Positions 35,142 through 46,066 of a stretch of 64,000 bases of DNA are shown here, piece by piece; the first letter of the stretch is position 1; the number at the start of each line of letters is the position of its first letter. A program made the position numbers and the translations under genes. Location: IMG/VR virus record IMGVR_UViG_3300044729_003129, positions 64,001-128,000 of that record, one strand, 5' to 3'. The notes beneath the pieces are model-generated. The model saw only the letters and a list, made by a program, of their open reading frames with translations, had not been told where the DNA came from and ran no database searches. This stretch comes from a virus.

Positions 35142-36686
35142 TCACATTTCAACTTCGCCAAACTGATCGTCTGACGCTTCACCTTCAGGCGGCGTTTCAG
35201 CATCTGTTGGCTCTTCTTCAGGTTTTTCTTCAGAGATCTCGGTGTTCATGCGCTCAATATCAGCTTCAGACTGGTTAAGTACATTGCTGCGCACCCACTT
35301 GTCACTATAGTATTTGCCAATATGAGAGCTTATGGTATCAAGCATGTTTATACGTTCCCGCATAATCTCAAAGTCTTTTAATTCCGAAAAATAGTTGTCT
35401 TCAATATAGTCAACCGAAATGCCTTCGCGTATGGTTTCCCAGTCGTCTGCTGTACACACTCCTTTTAATAACAACTGCACTCGCAGTGCTTCAATAAAGA
35501 GCATTGAAAACTTTTTACGTAACCGGTTGATGAACTTTTGAAACTTGACCTCTTCACGTGATATCTCGCTTGCGCGACCAATATTAAATCCAGTTTCACT
35601 TTCAAGTCGATTAACTGGCACATTTAATGAACGATATAGTTTCTTTTGAAAGAAAATTACGTCTTCAATCTGGCTGAGATTGTCTCCGCCCGGGAGTGTA
35701 GTAATTTCTGTACCACGACCACCTTCACGACGAGGCAACCAAAAATCTTCAAGCATACTCATACTCTTGCGATCATCACGAATCTCGCCAGTATTTGCAT
35801 CATAAACAAGTTTGTTACGATACTTTGCCATAATGCCTTGAACATACTCTTCAGCCTTACCCTTTGGCAAGTTACCAATATCGATATAGAAGATACGACG
35901 TTCTGGTGCACGAGATATACGATAGATTACGAGGGCATCTTCCATCATACGCAACTGGTTTACCAATTTTACACTCTTGTGTAAATAAGAAACTGCAAAC
36001 TTATTGCTTTCGTCAAGCAATCCAGACGGCGCATAAACTATGCTGTTTGGATCAATCTTAAAACCACTGTTGCTATTAAAGTCATCTGAATACAAGAAGT
36101 ATTCTGCCGTGACATCTGAAGTTTTTACTCCAGTATTCTTATCTATCTTATTTGTTATTTCTTTAACCTTTTTGATCTTTAGCGGATCAATTGCTCTCAA
36201 CTCCTTTATGCCTTCTTTTGGCTTTTTTGGGTCAATCATCATGTGGTAATATAACTTACCGTCAATATACCACTTTCTAAAAATATCCTGACCGTTATAA
36301 TTAAACGACAACAACTTTGTTATTGTGTCAAACTCTTCAAGTATTTTTTTCTTTATACTTTCTGGTTGCTCTAGTTTATCAAGTACTAGATTGATTGGAG
36401 CGCCGTCAGAGTCAGAAACAATAGATGCATTTATAATGTCAGATATTGCGGAGTCGCACTCTGGTTGAGTAGCTGCTGCACGACATTTTAAGATTAAATC
36501 TTTTTCGTTTGTCAGCGCAGTGCCATCAATGTCAAGTACCTGTCCATAATAACCGGCAGTAGCCGATGACGTTATAACAGAAGTACCATCGTTTTCAATT
36601 GGAGCTGAAAACGATGGTACTGTATTAAGTTCTGAGGTATCTTTTTTATTGATTACCTTTGATATTTCATAGCCAAATAGCTTCAT
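35142..36686 (-). CDS. 20: portal protein (T4 gp20)
   Basis: WYIDG, NQLRMMEDALVIYRISRAPERRIFYID.GNLP, EDFWLPRREGGRGTEI. Confidence 0.98.
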   Translation of the reverse strand: MKLFGYEISKVINKKDTSELNTVPSFSAPIENDGTSVITSSATAGYYGQVLDIDGTALTNEKDLILKCRAAATQPECDSAISDIINASIVSDSDGAPINLVLDKLEQPESIKKKILEEFDTITKLLSFNYNGQDIFRKWYIDGKLYYHMMIDPKKPKEGIKELRAIDPLKIKKVKEITNKIDKNTGVKTSDVTAEYFLYSDDFNSNSGFKIDPNSIVYAPSGLLDESNKFAVSYLHKSVKLVNQLRMMEDALVIYRISRAPERRIFYIDIGNLPKGKAEEYVQGIMAKYRNKLVYDANTGEIRDDRKSMSMLEDFWLPRREGGRGTEITTLPGGDNLSQIEDVIFFQKKLYRSLNVPVNRLESETGFNIGRASEISREEVKFQKFINRLRKKFSMLFIEALRVQLLLKGVCTADDWETIREGISVDYIEDNYFSELKDFEIMRERINMLDTISSHIGKYYSDKWVRSNVLNQSEADIERMNTEISEEKPEEEPTDAETPPEGEASDDQFGEVEM

Positions 36687-36713
36687 AATATATATTTATA
36701 GTGCAAAAACTAA

Positions 36714-37253
36714 TTACCCAATAGTACTATCAGAAGTCCAATACTGATAGTTTAATTCAACTGTAAATTCTTCTACAGTATCATTAGTTTCGTAATTAAG
36801 CTCAATTGCACCTATATTTGTTGGAAATGCGCCCACGAATGTATATTTTTTCGTAGGGTTTGCATTTTCACGCGTTAATTGTTTGATGTGTAGGTCTTTA
36901 TAGTAAGCAAGTGGAGCAGCAGTGTATGCACTTGTGTTTGAAGCATGACGATTAATCAGATTCATCCAGTTTTCAAACGCATTGCGAATTTCCATTTTAT
37001 TGTCATTAATTACCGTGATTGTCCATGGTTCAAATGTACGATCTCCAGCAACTTTTAATTTGCGTCCACGATATGGTACTTCAATAGGAGCAATGACGCT
37101 ACTTGGAAGTTGTGCAGCCTTAACTAAGAAACGTGACTTTAATGATGCCGTAGCACCACTGGCAACATTGCTTGGAAAATAAATTTCTGCTTCAAATAGA
37201 TTTGGACGAGCTCCACCTAAAAATTGATTTTTAAATTGTGATAAATTACTCAT
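36714..37253 (-). CDS. 19: tail tube protein (T4 gp19)
   Basis: GGARPNLF, RGRKLKVAGDRTFEPWTIT, EEFTVEL.YQYW. Confidence 0.96.
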   Translation of the reverse strand: MSNLSQFKNQFLGGARPNLFEAEIYFPSNVASGATASLKSRFLVKAAQLPSSVIAPIEVPYRGRKLKVAGDRTFEPWTITVINDNKMEIRNAFENWMNLINRHASNTSAYTAAPLAYYKDLHIKQLTRENANPTKKYTFVGAFPTNIGAIELNYETNDTVEEFTVELNYQYWTSDSTIG

Positions 37254-37289
37254 TGTATTTTTCTATATATTTAGTATTTATACGTTTTA

Positions 37290-39005
37290 TTATGCTCCAA
37301 TTTCAGTGAATGATATACCAGTGCGTGTTGCAATAAAATTAAGTGAAATATAATTAATTGAACGAGCAGGTTTGATATAGATGTCAGCCACGAAACGATT
37401 GGTATCAATTACTTGTGGTGTATTATTTGTTTCATTACATACAACCTTATAGTCAGTAATACCACGACGTCCTTGAACGTCTCGTAAGTATGGATCAATC
37501 GTATTAATAAATGCATTACGAGTAAATTCATCGTTTAATTCAAACAACTGGAATTTAGCAGCTTGTGCACACACACGTTGTATTGTGATGAAAAGACGAC
37601 GCACGTTTATACGATCAAATGCACTTGGACGCGTTTGGCCGGTTTTGTCTCCATAGAGAATAATCCCTTGGCCAGTAACGTTCACAATTGGATTGATGTT
37701 AGAGTTGTATAAATCATCACGATCAATACTTTTTGGATTGTATGCCAACTTAGTGACTCCACGCAATTGACCACGATTAAATCCTGCTGGTGAGAACCAT
37801 GGATCAGAGATTTCATCAGTGTATGCACAGAGACCTGCCATATGACCGCATGCTGGAACCCACTCATAACGATCAGCATACTTATTGTACACATATACAG
37901 GAGTACTGTCAAATACTGTGTAACTTAAAACTGTATTACTTGTAGATGAAAATGAGTCCTTTGCAGTTTTAAGTGCAGTTAATTTTGCATCATCTGTTGA
38001 TAGTGTGTATAAGTTAAGTGGAGCTGATAAAAATGCAATAGAATCTTTGCGATTCTCAACAACAGAAATTAATGCTGCATTAATTTCATTTGCATTATCA
38101 CCAATAAATGCTTCAGCAAATATCAAATTAACATCAATATTATCAGTGTCTTCTAGTATGCTTAAAGAATTAACTACATTATCAATGTCTCTTGTTCCAT
38201 TAGCACCACCAACAAAGGAATAAAATCCAATTCCAGACAAAGAATATGTATCAGTTGATAATGATGCGACGTCAAGTGGAGCTGTTACATAGATAAATTC
38301 TGAACCGAGGTTAATTACATCAGCCCAATAGTTATTAGAACCATTTGAATTGCGCGCATCTGGATGCAATGAAAGACCTTGCCAGGTTTCAAGTACTGTA
38401 CCCTTTGTTCCGCTAATTAATCCTTTTTCATCATAAACTGCAATATGAATTTCGTCTGAAGCTAGTTGCGTTTCGGCAACTTCCTCTGCCCAAAGAGTAG
38501 TATCAGCTAAATTAGTGAAGAACTTTTTAGATTCTACTGAAGTAGTCCCTTGGTTGTCTTTATGAAAAATTTGTACACTTAATGAATTACCAAGTTCACC
38601 AGGGTAACGTGAGTACAATGGAGCTTGTAATTCATTTGTTGATAAATTATCAAATTGTGTTTTGTTTTTAATTAATGTGGCAAATTCAGATGTGCCTTCA
38701 TAACCAACAACGGCAGCAGCATTTTTTGCTGTAGCGCTATCAACTGTACGAATTGCTCTCAATGAATTTCCATATTTAAGAAAACTTTCTGCAGTTAGGA
38801 ATGACGCTGCATTGACATCATCACTTTTACTTGGTGTGCCAAAGAGTTTTCCTAATGCCGTTTCAGAACCAACATTAGTAACTTCGTCTGCTGGGCCCCA
38901 ATTAAAGTGGCCGACATACGCTCCGACTGATGCTGATACTGGTTGTGTTACTGGTGTCAAGTCTGTTTCTGTGACTTGCACTCCTACGCTTTGTAAGGTT
39001 GCCAT
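37290..39005 (-). CDS. 18: tail sheath protein (T4 gp18)
   Basis: GV.V.E.DLT, F.WGP, PWFSPAGFNRG, FDRINVRRLF, IKPARSINYI.LNF.A. Confidence 0.97.
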   Translation of the reverse strand: MATLQSVGVQVTETDLTPVTQPVSASVGAYVGHFNWGPADEVTNVGSETALGKLFGTPSKSDDVNAASFLTAESFLKYGNSLRAIRTVDSATAKNAAAVVGYEGTSEFATLIKNKTQFDNLSTNELQAPLYSRYPGELGNSLSVQIFHKDNQGTTSVESKKFFTNLADTTLWAEEVAETQLASDEIHIAVYDEKGLISGTKGTVLETWQGLSLHPDARNSNGSNNYWADVINLGSEFIYVTAPLDVASLSTDTYSLSGIGFYSFVGGANGTRDIDNVVNSLSILEDTDNIDVNLIFAEAFIGDNANEINAALISVVENRKDSIAFLSAPLNLYTLSTDDAKLTALKTAKDSFSSTSNTVLSYTVFDSTPVYVYNKYADRYEWVPACGHMAGLCAYTDEISDPWFSPAGFNRGQLRGVTKLAYNPKSIDRDDLYNSNINPIVNVTGQGIILYGDKTGQTRPSAFDRINVRRLFITIQRVCAQAAKFQLFELNDEFTRNAFINTIDPYLRDVQGRRGITDYKVVCNETNNTPQVIDTNRFVADIYIKPARSINYISLNFIATRTGISFTEIGA

Positions 39006-39096
39006 ATATTTTTATCTTTCTTTCAGTGTTGTAATTATAAGTTTAAGTTGCATAATAAGAAAATTTCAATCTATCGATATTTATAAAAAGTCACTT

Positions 39097-40713
39097 TTAC
39101 AGCGCATTCCACTCCTGAAGTGACGATATTTGACGTTCATAGTCAACCATGCTTGGAGTTTGTGATGTTTGCGGAGTATCAAATATACCAAACGGTGGCA
39201 GGTCTTCTTCCATTTCTCGTATTTTTTCACTATAGAGTAAAGATTTTAATTCAATGTTACTCAGTCCACCAAACGCATCTGTACTTACAAACCATGCAAA
39301 TAGCACAAGATTCATAACCATATCGTCATGGGTGTTTCCACGAGCGGCATAGCTGTCTCCCTTTGGTTCAAAACTGCTGAGTTCAACTATTGTGTCGGCA
39401 TCACAAAGTTGAAGTTTGCCACTTTCAAGTAGGTCTTTTAAGTTGCTACAACCAATACGTTTTACGCGTTTTGTCATAGTCACCCCAATGCCACTGCTCT
39501 TTACTGAGCTTTGCACAAAAGTATTGTCATATTCATAGTCATAATAGATTGCATTACAAACAACTTGTCCCGCATCGTTGTTTTCAACTATTACAAGTGC
39601 ATCATTGTATGTTTTTGCAGCACGAACAATAAACTCTGGAAACATAAGCGGAGACACGAGATTGTCTCTATAGGTACAAACCTGTTTAAAAGCACCATCA
39701 ACACCTGATATATCAAACACAGTAAATGTGCTATAGTCTTGGCCTCGTCCTTTACTGACGTCTGCAGTTATTATATAGTCATGGCCTTCGACTGGTTCAA
39801 CGTAATAACGTATGCCATATTGCATTTGAAGTGGTTCATGCGACTGCAAACCAAGTAATGTGTCAGAGCCTATGAGAGTTTGACTACTGCCAATAAAGTT
39901 TACTTCAAACTCTTGAGCAAATTGAAGTTCACTGCTGTTTGCTATGGTCTGACGTTTCCATTCTTCATCGCGTCCAGGCACATCATTCCACTTAATTGTA
40001 AACGGCTTAAATTCATTTGCACTCTGTATTGCACCTTCCCATAGTTTATAGAACATATTGCCTATTCCATTAGGCGTGCTTGTAATTATAACCTTTGTGT
40101 CCTTACCAGAAGAAATAACAGGATATACGCCAGTGTAGAATTCACTAGCATTATCAACAAACGCAAATTCATCAAGAAACAAAAGTGATATACTCATACC
40201 ACGAATACTTGAGCTTGAAGTTGCTGCACAAATAATTCGTGAGTTGTTTGAAAAGTCGATATTTCCTTTATTTAATGCTTTACACCCCGGTTGCAACCAA
40301 AATGGAAGATTTTCAAGCATTAGACATATGCGAGACAACATTTCACGCGCAGTTGCTCCCTTGTTAGCCAAGATCGCAATTGTTTTTTCGCTATGAAAAA
40401 GTGCATACCAAAGCAAATAACCACATGTTGAAATTGATTTGCCACTTTGGCGGCAAGCTAATATTATATTAAACCTATGTGAATTGTAATGTTGAAATAT
40501 TTCCCTTTGATATCCATATAACTTAAATGGTACCAAGCCACGATCTAAATGAATAACTTTCAAATAGGTTTCACAAAAGTGTATAGGATCTTTACTGCAC
40601 TTGATATATTCATCAATTTGCTCTTTTGTAAAGTTAATGTTAACACCATCACGCTTTACATTGGGATTTCCAAGATATCCGTTTTCTTTGGTCTTTTGAT
40701 GATCAACAATCAT
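39097..40713 (-). CDS. 17: terminase large subunit (T4 gp17)
   Basis: YLGNPN, CRQSGKS, LFLDEFAF, STPNG, DVSKGRGQDYS, HDDMVM. Confidence 0.97.
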   Translation of the reverse strand: MIVDHQKTKENGYLGNPNVKRDGVNINFTKEQIDEYIKCSKDPIHFCETYLKVIHLDRGLVPFKLYGYQREIFQHYNSHRFNIILACRQSGKSISTCGYLLWYALFHSEKTIAILANKGATAREMLSRICLMLENLPFWLQPGCKALNKGNIDFSNNSRIICAATSSSSIRGMSISLLFLDEFAFVDNASEFYTGVYPVISSGKDTKVIITSTPNGIGNMFYKLWEGAIQSANEFKPFTIKWNDVPGRDEEWKRQTIANSSELQFAQEFEVNFIGSSQTLIGSDTLLGLQSHEPLQMQYGIRYYVEPVEGHDYIITADVSKGRGQDYSTFTVFDISGVDGAFKQVCTYRDNLVSPLMFPEFIVRAAKTYNDALVIVENNDAGQVVCNAIYYDYEYDNTFVQSSVKSSGIGVTMTKRVKRIGCSNLKDLLESGKLQLCDADTIVELSSFEPKGDSYAARGNTHDDMVMNLVLFAWFVSTDAFGGLSNIELKSLLYSEKIREMEEDLPPFGIFDTPQTSQTPSMVDYERQISSLQEWNAL

Positions 40714-40766
40714 ATTGTTGTTTTAATTCAATTAATTTATTATATAAAAATATGGAATTGTAGTCA

Positions 40767-41222
40767 TTAAACATCAATTGAATCATCTCTATCAGCATCA
40801 CCACGCAATAACTTTTGTAGTTCTGTAGTGGTACCAACAAATATAGCATTATTTGTAGTACTTTGAGCAGCAGGTTGTCCACGATTATCTTCAACCTGTA
40901 TAATTTTTTTACGCTCTTTTTGTAATCCTAGCAATTGTCCATTTATATCAGCTGCAGTTTTTATCATGCCAGCAAGCACTTCAAATGCGCGAGGATGCTC
41001 AGCATCACTCGCAAGAGCATGCATTGTGCTTATAGCCTCATCACTTGTATCAATAAGTTTTTTAATACGCTCTCGTGCAAATTTATAATCTTCTTCGGCG
41101 TGCAATACAATTTCATCATGTGATGGCCCAACTGGAGATCCAGTTGAGACTGCAATTTCATGTTTTACCGGTAAGACGTTTTTTTCAAGAGATGCCAGTA
41201 TGGTATCTTTGTCTTTTTTCAT
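40767..41222 (-). CDS. 16: terminase small subunit (T4 gp16)
   Basis: EDYKFARE, EHPRAFEV, NNAIFVGTTTELQKLL. Confidence 0.92.
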   Translation of the reverse strand: MKKDKDTILASLEKNVLPVKHEIAVSTGSPVGPSHDEIVLHAEEDYKFARERIKKLIDTSDEAISTMHALASDAEHPRAFEVLAGMIKTAADINGQLLGLQKERKKIIQVEDNRGQPAAQSTTNNAIFVGTTTELQKLLRGDADRDDSIDV

Positions 41223-41224
41223 AA

Positions 41225-42001
41225 TTATGGGTCCTCATCAAATCCGTAGGTTGTAACTACTGTATAGTTTTCTGGAGTGTCAGTCTCTGGATTGCCTAGT
41301 TCAACACGCACACCATCAACTGGTAATGCGTCTGGTGTTATAGGCGTGTCATAGAGGTCAACGTCAACAACTTTAATAATTTTCGCTGGGCCAGACTGTA
41401 TGCCCATAAACTTAAACTTGATATCAAAATCAAGGGTATAAATGATTGTACGACGACTGTTTCCAAAGTCACCTTCATAGTCGTCCTGTAAATTTGTAGC
41501 TGTTAGCAGTATAGGCACATCTGTAACTGAACCAGGTCCTTCAAGATCTTTTACTGCTACAGTATAGTCAGGCGTAAAGTAAGGAACGATCTGTTCAAAC
41601 ACTTGGAGTGCATCATCTTGATGATGAGCAAGTATACTTAATTGAATGCTAACTTTATATGGAATACTTTGATATATTTTTGTTTTGCTATCAGAGTCTC
41701 CCTCAACAAGATACAATTTATTATTAAGTTTATTTAATTTACTTGTCGAGTCGTATGTTATTGAAGTAATTTCAAAACTCATACGGGGCAACTTAATCGC
41801 GACATCACCATACTTTTCATTTTGTTGGCTTGATAGACGCGCTAAAAACTTTTGGTGTGGGCCATATGATATAGGCACACGTTGTATACCAGTCATTTTA
41901 CCATTTACTTTTTTAGCAATAGAAATATCGTTGAAAATTGTACCAAAAACTGCTACAATTTTCTTTAGGTTTCCATTATAATAGTATGATGAATTTAACA
42001 T
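41225..42001 (-). CDS. 15: tail sheath stabilizer / tail terminator (T4 gp15)
   Basis: FGTIFNDI, VPISYGP..KFLARL, LPRMSFEI, EQIVPYF.P. Confidence 0.94.
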   Translation of the reverse strand: MLNSSYYYNGNLKKIVAVFGTIFNDISIAKKVNGKMTGIQRVPISYGPHQKFLARLSSQQNEKYGDVAIKLPRMSFEITSITYDSTSKLNKLNNKLYLVEGDSDSKTKIYQSIPYKVSIQLSILAHHQDDALQVFEQIVPYFTPDYTVAVKDLEGPGSVTDVPILLTATNLQDDYEGDFGNSRRTIIYTLDFDIKFKFMGIQSGPAKIIKVVDVDLYDTPITPDALPVDGVRVELGNPETDTPENYTVVTTYGFDEDP

Positions 42002-42004
42002 GTC

Positions 42005-42931
42005 TTATGACGGGTCTCCAAATGGGTTACTTTCACTAAAGTCAATATAGTCATTTCCTATTACTTCAAATGAACTATTTTGAGTCAAGGCATCATTGTT
42101 ATAGAGTGCGGCGTCTCCATCCTCTAATCCTATAAGAGATGTTATCGTTGAAGTTGTGCCGGTAGTTTGTCCTTCTATAGTAGTGTCAACTGTTAATGAG
42201 TGGAACTCACCATCATTAAATGTCAGCGTACCAAAGTTTGCGATTGTTCCATCTTCTGTATGTTCATATTGAAGCAATTCTGCCTCACCTGTAATTCCAG
42301 AAGGTAATGTAAAGACTAATGTTTCACCAAGATCATGCACATCTCCATCAAAGTCTAGTAGGGCGCGTGCACTTTGGGTCTGTCCAACTTGTATAAGATC
42401 GACTTCAGGCACTCCAGTATCAATTTCCTGACCGCTGTATTCGAAGAGTTCACATGTAAGTTTAAACGTAGGTATAGCCCCCTTTGTATCGCCACTGCCT
42501 CCAAGTTGGAAAAATGGACTCTTGTCTTCAACAAATTTAATTTCGAAGAGTCCACAGCTGAATGGTACATAGATCAGATCACCTTCACGCGGCCGAACGC
42601 TATCATTTGTATAACCATGACGACCTATAAGCGAGTTCCATCGACGACGACTGCACACAAGTGTCAATTGATCTCGTGTTTCAAGACCAAATTTTGTCAT
42701 GAGGTCGCCGTCACCTTCAAAGCCGTCGACACTTTCAACAAACATTTCAATAAGAAATGAAGCATCAAAACTTGAAATTACATCTTCGTTTAAGATAAAG
42801 TCCTGCTTTACAATCTTACGAGGAATATAAAAGACATCATGCCCCATAATTTTCATAGACTCGATAAGCAAATCTTCAAGAAGATTTTGCTCAGGTCTGT
42901 AACGTTCACTAAAATATACACTGCGTGGCAT
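42005..42931 (-). CDS. 14: neck protein (T4 gp14)
   Basis: EQNLLEDL..ES, YIPR, RPREGDLIY.P, CELFEYS, DFSESNPFG. Confidence 0.94.
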   Translation of the reverse strand: MPRSVYFSERYRPEQNLLEDLLIESMKIMGHDVFYIPRKIVKQDFILNEDVISSFDASFLIEMFVESVDGFEGDGDLMTKFGLETRDQLTLVCSRRRWNSLIGRHGYTNDSVRPREGDLIYVPFSCGLFEIKFVEDKSPFFQLGGSGDTKGAIPTFKLTCELFEYSGQEIDTGVPEVDLIQVGQTQSARALLDFDGDVHDLGETLVFTLPSGITGEAELLQYEHTEDGTIANFGTLTFNDGEFHSLTVDTTIEGQTTGTTSTITSLIGLEDGDAALYNNDALTQNSSFEVIGNDYIDFSESNPFGDPS

Positions 42932-42939
42932 AATTATAT

Positions 42940-43551
42940 TTATAGAATTAGTTTATACCCATTATATTCAATACCAACTCTAATCTTATAATATGGTAAA
43001 TTATTATCACGACAATATTGTTTTAAATTAACAATTTCAAATTGGACATCGTCTTTAGACATAGTATATTTTACTAATTTAGTTGCTTTACCCATTCTAG
43101 CTTCGCTTAATGCTTTTTTATGTTCTTCAGATTTTGGTTTTCCTTTAAGTGCAGCAGATACTTTTTTAGCAAATTCCGGTCGTTTTTTACCATAAAATGG
43201 ATGATTTTCTCCGCTATTAATTTTTGATATAAACTCACGTGTTTCTTTAGAATGCTTTTTACCAAAAAATGGATTTTTATCGCCTACTCTTTTTTTATTT
43301 AATTCACTAATAACGCGACTAAGTTCTTTGGGATCATTAGTCATTCTTTTTGCGATTAAATGACATGCACCATAATCACCCTGTTCATAATGTATACGAT
43401 AATGTTCATCAATATTAATACACATTAAATTTTCTATGTCATTATTTGTATGATTGCCATCAATATGATGAATTTCATAACTACGACCATTTTCATCTTT
43501 GGGTATGGGGCCATAATGACTTTCCCATATTTTTCTATAATCATTTTTCAT
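42940..43551 (-). CDS. HNH homing endonuclease with NUMOD3 repeats
   Basis: EIHHIDGNHTNNDIENL..I...EH..IH; NPFFGKKHSKET, HPFYGKK, KSEEHKKALS. Confidence 0.88.
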   Translation of the reverse strand: MKNDYRKIWESHYGPIPKDENGRSYEIHHIDGNHTNNDIENLMCINIDEHYRIHYEQGDYGACHLIAKRMTNDPKELSRVISELNKKRVGDKNPFFGKKHSKETREFISKINSGENHPFYGKKRPEFAKKVSAALKGKPKSEEHKKALSEARMGKATKLVKYTMSKDDVQFEIVNLKQYCRDNNLPYYKIRVGIEYNGYKLIL

Positions 43552-43581
43552 GATTATATTTATAATTTTAGGAGATTTATA

Positions 43582-44328
43582 TTAACCAAGAAAAAAGTCT
43601 GGGGGCATTTGATACTTAAGATCAAAATCTGTTTCAATCTTTTCAATATCATTAAGAGCATCTTCATACATAGCTCTACCATTGATTGTAACGCCACCTG
43701 GAAGTTGCATGCCATCAAATTTTAATAAATTTATTGACCATTGACGTTTCAACAATGCTGTAAGATATTTTTTAAGAAGCATATCATTGTATACGTCAGT
43801 AAAATCATTTGGGTTGATGGTTTGATAGCCCTCAATTATAATATACTGACCAATATTTACATAAGTTTTCCAGTCGTCTTGAATGCTCAGGCGATTCATG
43901 TGACGAGTAAATATAATCTGCTGAGTTGAGCCCGTAAGTATAAGCTCAATCGAGTTCATATACTGTTTTGTCATCTCATAGTTGATGAGTGAGTCGGGTT
44001 TGCGTAGTCCATAAAGATCATTTAAAAACATCTGATATTTAACACTAAACATATCAGCAGCATCACCGCTGCTCAAGTTTAGGACGCGAAGCACACTAAT
44101 AAGTTGATCAGGCAGAGTAATATAGTTGTTGTCATAGTCTGCTTGTGTGACCTGATGTTTTACGAAAGTGCGTACGACCGCGTCACTATGATATTCTTGA
44201 TAAAACTGAATCGCTTCATCAATACGATCTTCAATCTGATCTTCGTCAATATTAATTTCAAGCACTGGCGCACCAAGTGCTCTTAAACAATAGTCTGCTA
44301 ATTCTTGACGTGATGCTGGTTTTGCCAT
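43582..44328 (-). CDS. 13: neck protein (T4 gp13)
   Basis: YCLRALGAPVLEINI, LKKYLTAL.KRQW..NL.KF.G.QLPGGVT.NG. Confidence 0.95.
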   Translation of the reverse strand: MAKPASRQELADYCLRALGAPVLEINIDEDQIEDRIDEAIQFYQEYHSDAVVRTFVKHQVTQADYDNNYITLPDQLISVLRVLNLSSGDAADMFSVKYQMFLNDLYGLRKPDSLINYEMTKQYMNSIELILTGSTQQIIFTRHMNRLSIQDDWKTYVNIGQYIIIEGYQTINPNDFTDVYNDMLLKKYLTALLKRQWSINLLKFDGMQLPGGVTINGRAMYEDALNDIEKIETDFDLKYQMPPDFFLG

Positions 44329-44349
44329 AATATATTATTTATAAGACTA

Positions 44350-46062
44350 TTATGGAACTGCTGGATAATTAGTTGTCTTCACATATGAGGAAGTAATCTT
44401 TGCGGCAGAGAAACCATTATTCCATGTTGTTACCAACCAAGGACGGCCTTCATAGCTATAAGCTCTGGCTATTTCTCCAAGAGTAGAATTTAAATAGAGC
44501 CAAACGCCAGTTTCATATCTTACAACTTCATCTCCATAAACATACGTTTCGTTACCATATGGTGCATATCCAATTGGAGCCATTTTGCGCCAACTTTGAC
44601 CGCCAATAAACCCAGAACTTGGATCTCCTGGAGTGTTGTACCATGGTCCGTCCATCAGCACCCATGCTGTAGCATCTGGTTCAGCAGCATTTGCTGGATT
44701 GTCACTGCCAAGAGTAACATTGCTAATTAATGGTATATTAATTCCTCCAAGCAAACCAATAAATCTTTCAAGGTGATTGCGATCAACCTCTGACATAACA
44801 TCAGTTTCTCCTGTATTTGATGCTAAGATGATTGCGGTTATATCTCCGTTAAAATTAATAGATGAACTTGTGGTTGCGCCAATATAAGAAGCAACTGAAC
44901 CACTATCGCTTAATGTAGAGCCAAAATCATCCCGAAATGCATCTTCACTACCATTGATTCTTAACGCCATTCTACCATCGGACCACAAACACTCGTTAAC
45001 TAAAACATTATAGTTGCTATTATTATTTGATCCATTAACCACTAAGTCACTAACAAAAAGTGTATTAGGTCTGGTTAGAGCTGTAAAAAGATTTGAAGTG
45101 TTTGATCTTGTTCTTAATCCTATTTTAGTAGTTGTTGAAGTTCTATTGATTGAAACTATTGAGTGAGATGCGTCTCCTCCAGTTGGATTGGAGTCTTTAG
45201 CACCAGCAAAAATATAACCCCATCTTTTGGCATTATATATGTTTCTTGCGGAGATTGGTACTGTATAAAAATCTGTAAAATCTGTACTATCAAATTTGAG
45301 AGATGGTGTTCCCAAGTCAGTATCTTCTTTGAGTGCAATATTTGCTGAAGAGGCAGTGGCTCTTTGATTTGAAATTATATCGTCCCAAGCTGGCACTGTT
45401 TGACCATCTGTTGCTAATGTATTAAGTGTTGTTGCTGTACCTGTTACAGTACCATCTGCCCAAGTCGCTTGCCACGGGTAAGTTGTATCTCCAATAGCAT
45501 ATTTTTCCACACTATCCCAATTATATCCTGAATCATCACTTTCCGCTTGATAATAAAGAGTCCATCTTGAATTTGTGCTATCCCAAAAAACTTCAATGGA
45601 ATATCTACCCTCATTTATAAAGCCAAATATATAAAAATTCTTTCCATTTCGTAAATCTTGGCGAACGAGTGTTTGATTTGGATTTATACCACTATAACCA
45701 GCCTCAAAAGCGGGAAACCCAGAAAGCTCGATAGTTCTATTCGCATCAGTAAAATCATTACCAATCAAGTTATAAGCATTTCTAGCAGCCCACCAAAAAG
45801 CTTTTACACTTGGTATGTCTCGTGGATGCCAAACTGTGGTTGTGTATGTTGTAGTACCACCAACTAAACAGGTGACAACTTCCCCAATATCATTGACAGT
45901 CGGGACAAAGGTTTGGGTTGTGCCTCTCGATGTGCCATTTACTGTCCATAAATAAGATGAACCAGATGGCGCGGTTAATGTTTCATTTGGATAAGCAAAA
46001 CCGACAATATCTAATTCAACACTTCCTCTAAAATAAGACAGGCTTAAACCTAGACCTAACAT
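44350..46062 (-). CDS. putative virion structural / lectin-like protein
   Basis: MLGLGLSL start, Ig-like and beta-sandwich segments (V..WDD, F.GDI..II). Confidence 0.6.
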   Translation of the reverse strand: MLGLGLSLSYFRGSVELDIVGFAYPNETLTAPSGSSYLWTVNGTSRGTTQTFVPTVNDIGEVVTCLVGGTTTYTTTVWHPRDIPSVKAFWWAARNAYNLIGNDFTDANRTIELSGFPAFEAGYSGINPNQTLVRQDLRNGKNFYIFGFINEGRYSIEVFWDSTNSRWTLYYQAESDDSGYNWDSVEKYAIGDTTYPWQATWADGTVTGTATTLNTLATDGQTVPAWDDIISNQRATASSANIALKEDTDLGTPSLKFDSTDFTDFYTVPISARNIYNAKRWGYIFAGAKDSNPTGGDASHSIVSINRTSTTTKIGLRTRSNTSNLFTALTRPNTLFVSDLVVNGSNNNSNYNVLVNECLWSDGRMALRINGSEDAFRDDFGSTLSDSGSVASYIGATTSSSINFNGDITAIILASNTGETDVMSEVDRNHLERFIGLLGGINIPLISNVTLGSDNPANAAEPDATAWVLMDGPWYNTPGDPSSGFIGGQSWRKMAPIGYAPYGNETYVYGDEVVRYETGVWLYLNSTLGEIARAYSYEGRPWLVTTWNNGFSAAKITSSYVKTTNYPAVP

Positions 46063-46066
46063 AAAA

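Noticed and set aside
40703-40894. 63-aa ORF between genes 16 and 17
   Set aside because: Mostly overlaps gene 16 in another frame and has no recognisable features
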